Shown in pieces: positions 58,450 through 64,000 of a DNA stretch of 64,000 bases. Within the stretch, counting starts at the first letter, position 1. The number at the start of each line of letters is the position of its first letter. This DNA comes from Phycisphaerales bacterium (lineage in GTDB: Bacteria; Planctomycetota; Phycisphaerae; Phycisphaerales; UBA1924). The notes beneath the pieces are model-generated. The model made no database searches. It was not told the DNA's origin and saw only the letters and a program-made list of their open reading frames with translations. The stretch spans positions 800,001 to 864,000 of the forward strand of contig OZ245777.1 in the NCBI GenBank assembly GCA_965227775.1. Reading direction: 5' to 3'. A program made the translations under genes and the position numbers.

Positions 58450-59505
58450 ATGAACATGCACAAGAACGGCACACGCACTCGACGCGCCCGGCGGGCGTTC
58501 TCGCTCATCGAGCTCCTGGTCACCATGGCAGTCATCGCGATCATCGTCGCGATCATCGTGCCGACGCTCGGCGGGGCCCGCAATACGGCCAAGGCCACCG
58601 CCAGCCAAGGCCAGCTCACGGCCATCGCCGCTGCGTCCCAACAGTTCTACACCGATCAGGGACGCCTGCCCGGCTACTTCACCGCCAAGCAGATGGGAGA
58701 CGCTGCCAACGAAACACGCGGCTTCACGGGCATGCAGAACATCATGATTGATTTGGCCGGTGGATTCGCGGACGCGTCCAGCGATCCAATGAATGTCGTG
58801 TCCGTCGGCCCGATTAGCGGCGAAGAGATCGATATCGATCTCACCCGCGTCGGCACACAGGAATTCGGCGGCGGGTACTACACGCCCGAAGACACGCGGT
58901 ACATCCCGCAAGAGACCGGTGAAGGCCTCGGCGAGCTGCAGACCACAGTCGATGACCACCGGGAGCTCCCGTCGGTCATGGACCCCTTCGGCACGCCCAT
59001 CCTCGCGTGGCAGCGCGACAGGACGGCCATCCAGGACCTCGAAGAGATCGACGACTTCGTCGCCTTCAACAGCGCCAGCGATCCCGCCCGCTTCTATTGG
59101 GCCAACAACGCCGGCTTCCTCAGGACCCAAGACCTCGGCAAGCGCGGCAAGAACCCGACGTTCTCCGCGGCGTCCAGCTCGCGCGAATTCAGCCTGATCG
59201 GCGACTCCGAGCCCGACATCGTCCAGCACCTGTCCGTGCTGCTTGGCTCGCCCACGATCCCCAATACGATCAACGGTGCCGTGCCCGCGAGCGCCCGCGG
59301 CGACCTTGTGTTCCACGCCGCCGGCATCGACGCGATGTACCTTGGCTCCAAGGACAAGGGCGGACGGGCAAGCGAGGTCGCCTTCTGGCAGAACTTCTTC
59401 ACCGACGACGGCGCGTCCACCCGCCTGACCGACGGTGACGGCAACGTCGAGTCCTTTGACCTGATGGACAACTTCGACGACTTGCTCGAGTCGGTCGGCA
59501 ACTGA
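58450..59505 (+). CDS. Prepilin-type N-methylation domain protein (type II secretion / type IV pilin-like)
   Basis: RRA|FSLIELLVTMAVIAII class III signal peptide and DPFGTP motif. GGAGG SD upstream. Confidence 0.88.
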   Translation: MNMHKNGTRTRRARRAFSLIELLVTMAVIAIIVAIIVPTLGGARNTAKATASQGQLTAIAAASQQFYTDQGRLPGYFTAKQMGDAANETRGFTGMQNIMIDLAGGFADASSDPMNVVSVGPISGEEIDIDLTRVGTQEFGGGYYTPEDTRYIPQETGEGLGELQTTVDDHRELPSVMDPFGTPILAWQRDRTAIQDLEEIDDFVAFNSASDPARFYWANNAGFLRTQDLGKRGKNPTFSAASSSREFSLIGDSEPDIVQHLSVLLGSPTIPNTINGAVPASARGDLVFHAAGIDAMYLGSKDKGGRASEVAFWQNFFTDDGASTRLTDGDGNVESFDLMDNFDDLLESVGN

Positions 59506-59530
59506 ATTTCGCAGAAGCCCGAAGTTACGC

Positions 59531-59559
59531 TTGACCCGGCGGCCTGAATCTGTCAGGCT
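59531..59559 (+). promoter_or_regulatory. Possible sigma70 promoter of comEC
   Basis: TTGACC-17 bp-CAGGCT just upstream of the start. The -10 match is weak. Confidence 0.35.
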
Positions 59560-59567
59560 ATGCCGGC

Positions 59568-62096
59568 GTGCAGGCCCTTCCCGACCAACCCATCGCCCCG
59601 AGGCCCGGCCGACGCCCCGCGCGGACACGGGCCTTCGTTGCACTCGCCGCGGGCATCGCAGGCATGCTCGCCGCCTACGGGCTGGAGCTCACCCATCCCA
59701 CGCTGCTGTACTCCGCGGCCGTCGCGCTTTCGGGGCTCTCGCTGGCCGTGCGCGGCGTGGGCGGGCGTGTGCTGCTCGTGCTCGCTGTCGCGTGCATCGG
59801 CGCGGGGCGCATGTCCGCCGAGCTCGCGCCGCCCGCGGATCACCTGGTGCACCGCGTCGGCGCGCTCGCCCATGACGAAGCCGGCCGCCAGCGCGGGCTC
59901 GTGCGCCTGACCGCGGTCGTCACCGATGCGCCCATCGATCCCGACCTTGGCGTGCCGACCTACGAGCGCGGCGTGTTCCGCGGCGAGCGATCGGTGCTGC
60001 TGGGCAACGCGATCTCCATCGACATGGGCGCCGGCGCGGTGCCCACGCGCGGCCGCATCCGGATGAGCGTGAGCGAGGGCCTGGACGCAGCGCCATCGCT
60101 CGTGCCCGGCACGACGATCGAGGTCACCGGCTGGATACGCCCGCCGACCGAGCCAATGAACCCGGGCCCGTCTCGGCCGCCGCGCGCGCCGATCTGCACG
60201 ATCGACACCGACGGCTGGGCGCTCGTCGTAAAAGAGGAAAACGGCACGCTGCTAGCCCCGCTCCGCCGCGCGCAACACGCCTTGCAGTCCGGCGCCCGTC
60301 GCGTTCTGCGCCTCGACCAGACCGAGCAGGCCGACCCCGCGAGCGCGCTGCTGGCCGCGCTCGTGCTGGGCCAGCACGATCCCGGGTATGAGGAGGCCTA
60401 CGAACCATTCCGCCGCGTCGGGCTCGCGCACCTGCTGGCGATCTCGGGCCTGCACCTGGCGATTCTGGCGGCCGCAGCGGCGTGGCTCCTCCGCGCCATC
60501 GGACCGGACTGGAGGGTCGAGGCCATCGGCGTTGCGTTCGCCGTCGGCTTGCTGCTGGTCATCGTGCCGGCGCGCACGCCCATCGTCCGCGCGGGCGTCA
60601 TGGTGCTCGCGCTGCTCGGCGCACGCGCGCTCGGAAGGCGCCACGACCCGCTGGCCGTGCTCGCATGGACGGCGCTGGGCATCGCGCTCTGGAATCCGTA
60701 CCAGATCTTCGACCTGGGCTACCAGCTCAGCTTCGGGCTCGTCGCCGTGTTGCTGGCGCTCGCGCCGCGCACGCATGCGGCCATGTTCGAGTGGCGCACG
60801 TCCATCAAGGGCGTCATCGAGAAGCCACCTCCCAACTGGCGGCTTGGCATGAACTACGGATTGAACTCCGTAGGCCAGCTCTTCAGCGCCACGTTGCTCT
60901 GCTGGCTGGTCAGCCTGCCCTGGATCGCCTGGCGAACGGGACTGATTGCGCCATTCACGCTTCCAGCCACCATCATCGCGACACCTCTCATCGCGATCCT
61001 GCTGATCGCGGCGTACGCGTCGCTGCTCGTCGGCACTCTCGCCCCGCCGCTGGCTGAGCCGCTCTCGGCCATGCTGCACGCGCTCGCAGAGATGAACCTG
61101 GCGGTCGTGCGATGGTTCGATGCGTTGCCCAGGTCGAGCATCGAGGTACCACCACTGAGCGCTGCGCTGGCGATCACGGCGACCGTGACCGTCGCCACAA
61201 TCGCCTACGCCGGCCGACGAATCCACTGGGTGCATTTCTTCGCCTTGCTCGTGGTCATCGGCTGGTCGATGATCGAGGTCTTCCAGGCCTGGGCGCGAGC
61301 GCCGGTCTCACTGCAGGTCGACACGCTGGCCATCGGCGACGGCACCGCCCACCTGCTGCGATCGAAGGACCAGGCCTGGCTCTGGGACTGCGGCTCGCTC
61401 GGCCCGGGGGCCGGACGGATAGCCGCCCGCGCAGGCGAAGAGGTTCACCGCGACACCCGTATTGGCGTGGCCGTGCTCACGCACGCGAACCTCGACCACG
61501 CCAACGGCCTGCCCCGCGCCATGGAAGAACTCGGCATCACCTGGATGTTCACCACGCCGCAAGTACTCGAGGCTGCCAGCGGTGGCGACGCGATGCGCGA
61601 AATCTTCGACGCCATCCGCGCGCAGGGCGTCACCATCCACACAATTAGTGCCGGCGACGAACTACCCCTGGGCGATGCGCGAGGCACCGTGCTGTGGCCG
61701 CCCGAGCACGAGCGCTTCGACGACGCGAACAGCGCCTCCCTTGTGGTGCGTTGGGAGAGCCAACGCGGGCACAGCGTCCTGCTAACCGGCGACATCGGCG
61801 GCGAGGCCCTCGGCAGGCTCATCGACGAGACCGATCCCCAGCTGCTGCGCGTCGACGTGCTCGAGCTTCCCCACCACGGTGCCGATGACGACAACGCCCG
61901 CCGCCTCGTCGCCCTCGCCCAGGCCCGTGTGGTAATCCAGTCGGCCGGCACCAACCGAGTCCGCCGAGACCCGTGGCAGGACTACCGCACGCGAGGCCTC
62001 TGGCTCGTCACGGGCCGCGACGGCGCGATCCGCGTTCGATCGGACAGCTCACTCGAAGTCTCAACCGCACGCCGGGGCGACATGCTGGGCAACTAG
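59568..62096 (+). CDS. comEC: ComEC/Rec2 DNA-uptake membrane protein with MBL-fold C-terminus
   Basis: GLAHLLAISGLH, PIVRAGVM, GYQLSF, THANLDH, LLTGDI and PHHG. Confidence 0.92.
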   Translation: MQALPDQPIAPRPGRRPARTRAFVALAAGIAGMLAAYGLELTHPTLLYSAAVALSGLSLAVRGVGGRVLLVLAVACIGAGRMSAELAPPADHLVHRVGALAHDEAGRQRGLVRLTAVVTDAPIDPDLGVPTYERGVFRGERSVLLGNAISIDMGAGAVPTRGRIRMSVSEGLDAAPSLVPGTTIEVTGWIRPPTEPMNPGPSRPPRAPICTIDTDGWALVVKEENGTLLAPLRRAQHALQSGARRVLRLDQTEQADPASALLAALVLGQHDPGYEEAYEPFRRVGLAHLLAISGLHLAILAAAAAWLLRAIGPDWRVEAIGVAFAVGLLLVIVPARTPIVRAGVMVLALLGARALGRRHDPLAVLAWTALGIALWNPYQIFDLGYQLSFGLVAVLLALAPRTHAAMFEWRTSIKGVIEKPPPNWRLGMNYGLNSVGQLFSATLLCWLVSLPWIAWRTGLIAPFTLPATIIATPLIAILLIAAYASLLVGTLAPPLAEPLSAMLHALAEMNLAVVRWFDALPRSSIEVPPLSAALAITATVTVATIAYAGRRIHWVHFFALLVVIGWSMIEVFQAWARAPVSLQVDTLAIGDGTAHLLRSKDQAWLWDCGSLGPGAGRIAARAGEEVHRDTRIGVAVLTHANLDHANGLPRAMEELGITWMFTTPQVLEAASGGDAMREIFDAIRAQGVTIHTISAGDELPLGDARGTVLWPPEHERFDDANSASLVVRWESQRGHSVLLTGDIGGEALGRLIDETDPQLLRVDVLELPHHGADDDNARRLVALAQARVVIQSAGTNRVRRDPWQDYRTRGLWLVTGRDGAIRVRSDSSLEVSTARRGDMLGN

Positions 62097-63403
62097 TCCT
62101 CGATACGCACGGTCTTGCGCACATCGGCACGCTTGCGCCAGACGGCACCACTCGAGCCCGACCCATGGGGTATGACGGCGATCCAACCCGTGCCACGCAG
62201 CTCGACCTCGTTGGTCGCAATCGAAGCGACCTCGACGCGCCCCACGGGGCCGTTGCTCGTATACGTCTGCCCGTCTCGCGGTGCGCCGCGGCGCCGTTGG
62301 TCGGTCGTGTTCATTGAGACACCCGCGATCGCCTGCTGCGGGTCTTGCACCATATCGGCGGGCTGGCCATCGACCGTCAGCGAGTCGGGCTCGAACCACA
62401 CGCGTAGCACGGCGCTGCTCGGCACGCTGATGTTGCCGCGATGGTCAGCCCCGAACCCGAAGCGGAACGAGCCACCTTCAAGCCTGCTGACCACATCGGG
62501 AGCCGCCAGCCACACATCGAGCATGTTCGCGTAGTAGTGCTCGATGGCGTCCGCCGGAACGGCCTGCGCGATCGCGGTCGCGTCCAGCCAGCCCTCGGCC
62601 TCGGGCGACACGTAGCCCTTTGTATCGCGCAGTTCGAGCATGCCACGGAAGAGAGTCTCGGTTTCCGTCGGCGTCAACGTACGCGTCTGCAGCTCGGTCC
62701 ACTCCTCGTACGTAAACCCACGCGGCGCCACGGTGACCTCCTTGATGAGCGCCCCATTGGGCAGGTAGGGCATGTACGTCGCAGAGCCGTGCCCGAGGAA
62801 GCCGATGCTGGCGAATGACGCAATCACGAGCGCCGCGCCAAGGACGATCATGGGCGTGATCACCCGCCGCGTGCCCTTAATGATCGCCGTGGAGAACCTC
62901 AGGCTCGCGCCGCACTCGGGGCACGTGACGTATCCGCCCTCGGGCGCGCCGGCCAAGTCGTACTGGCACTTGCGACACCGAGGCTCGTCGCCGCGGCGGA
63001 CGAAGGCAAAACCGATGAACGCGAAGCCTGAGAACATCAGACCCATCTGTGCGTTGGAGATGACCCCAACAAGCAGGCTGCCGCCCCGCCCGCCGATGAG
63101 GCCCGTAAAGGTCACCATCCAGCCGACCATGAGCGGGAAGGCCAGCAGCGCCAGGACCACCCGGACGGGCGTGAGCGCCAGCACGTCGAGCACACGCTGG
63201 CGCAGGGGCGTGTCGCCGCCCTCGGTGAACCACTTCTTCAAGAACCAGCACGCGAAGATCCAGAGCCCCATCACGAGGACCATGACGGGCAGCGCCCACC
63301 GGCGGCCGCCGATGCCCAGCCAGGCCGGCAGCACAAACCAGGCTGTCGCGGCGAGCGCCAGCACCAGGGCCGACCAGCCGAGGATCTTCGAAAGACGAGA
63401 CAT
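62093..63403 (-). CDS. Membrane protein with zinc-ribbon (CRKCQYDLAG...CPECG)
   Basis: Four TM helices, a Zn-ribbon, a fifth TM helix and a periplasmic domain. Confidence 0.75.
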   Translation of the reverse strand: MSRLSKILGWSALVLALAATAWFVLPAWLGIGGRRWALPVMVLVMGLWIFACWFLKKWFTEGGDTPLRQRVLDVLALTPVRVVLALLAFPLMVGWMVTFTGLIGGRGGSLLVGVISNAQMGLMFSGFAFIGFAFVRRGDEPRCRKCQYDLAGAPEGGYVTCPECGASLRFSTAIIKGTRRVITPMIVLGAALVIASFASIGFLGHGSATYMPYLPNGALIKEVTVAPRGFTYEEWTELQTRTLTPTETETLFRGMLELRDTKGYVSPEAEGWLDATAIAQAVPADAIEHYYANMLDVWLAAPDVVSRLEGGSFRFGFGADHRGNISVPSSAVLRVWFEPDSLTVDGQPADMVQDPQQAIAGVSMNTTDQRRRGAPRDGQTYTSNGPVGRVEVASIATNEVELRGTGWIAVIPHGSGSSGAVWRKRADVRKTVRIED

Positions 63404-63451
63404 GCCCGGAGTCTAACCGACACTCTGGCCCTGCCCTCCATATCCTTCCGG

Positions 63452-64000
63452 GTGACACAGACCCCGACCGAAGCTTCCGCCGCCACACGCCCGCCCAACC
63501 CGGCGAACGGCGACTGGACCACCGAAGACTCGGCCGACCTCTACGGCATCGACCGCTGGGGTGGTGGCTATTTCGCAGCCGGCGCTGACGGGCGCATGCG
63601 GGTCACACCGCGCGGGCCCGATGGCCCGAGCATCGACTTGGGCGAGGTTGTCGAGGGCCTGCGCGAGCGTGGGCTCTGGGCACCCGTGTTGCTGCGCTTC
63701 AACGACGTGATGGACCACCGGATGGGACGCCTGCGCGAGGCCTTCGACGCGGCTATCAAGGACGAGGGCTACGAAGGCGGCTACGAGGCGGTCTACCCCA
63801 TCAAGGTCAACCAGCAGCGCAGCGTGTGCGAGCAGATCAAGCACGCCGCAAACAACTATGGCTTCGGCCTCGAGGCCGGCAGCAAGCCCGAGCTGCTCGC
63901 CGTCCTCGCGCTCACCGCCGACAGCCCGAAGATCCCCATCGTCTGCAACGGCTTCAAGGACGAGGAGTACATCGAGACGGTCGTGCTTGCCAGCCGCATC
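63452..64000 (+). CDS. speA: Biosynthetic arginine decarboxylase (5' partial, runs off the window)
   Basis: Manual translation from GTG 63452 gives WTTEDSADLYGIDRWGGGYF, YPIKVNQQ, GLEAGSKPEL and CNGFKD. Absent from the ORF track because there is no stop in the window. Confidence 0.93.
   Translation, partial: MTQTPTEASAATRPPNPANGDWTTEDSADLYGIDRWGGGYFAAGADGRMRVTPRGPDGPSIDLGEVVEGLRERGLWAPVLLRFNDVMDHRMGRLREAFDAAIKDEGYEGGYEAVYPIKVNQQRSVCEQIKHAANNYGFGLEAGSKPELLAVLALTADSPKIPIVCNGFKDEEYIETVVLASRI

Overview
GC-rich bacterial chromosome segment, almost certainly Planctomycetota, class Phycisphaerae. This assignment rests on the stand-alone 23S rRNA gene, the planctomycete-type PilM cluster, four secreted proteins with C-terminal dockerin-like 'D-x-D-G-D-G-x-L-x-I-F-D-F' tails, and CxxC...CPECG membrane proteins. 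The window starts inside a compact 23S rRNA gene that has its own promoter and boxA and no linked 16S or tRNA. The rest is mostly housekeeping and envelope genes: the pilM cluster, MEMO1/AmrB, UDG, murC-murB-ddl-ftsQ-like, greA, menG, an ECF sigma/anti-sigma pair, typA, rplU, pyk, pyrB, ubiX, fic, dnaN, neuC, HDOD, a pilin-like gene, comEC and a partial speA. I found no transposase, integrase, tRNA or CRISPR array. The most notable unexplained signals are: (1) two intergenic sRNA-like loci about 48 kb apart that share architecture and motifs (hairpin, AAACAAG, C-rich linker, terminator, with an ACTGG-N8-TGC box about 75 nt upstream); (2) a 31-aa small ORF absent from the ORF track, with a Gly-Gly motif and hydrophobic tail; (3) a membrane protein in frame with greA and no stop between them; (4) several proteins missing canonical metal or cofactor ligands; (5) a perfect palindromic operator at a fic gene. 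All functional calls come from motif recognition by eye, without database searches.
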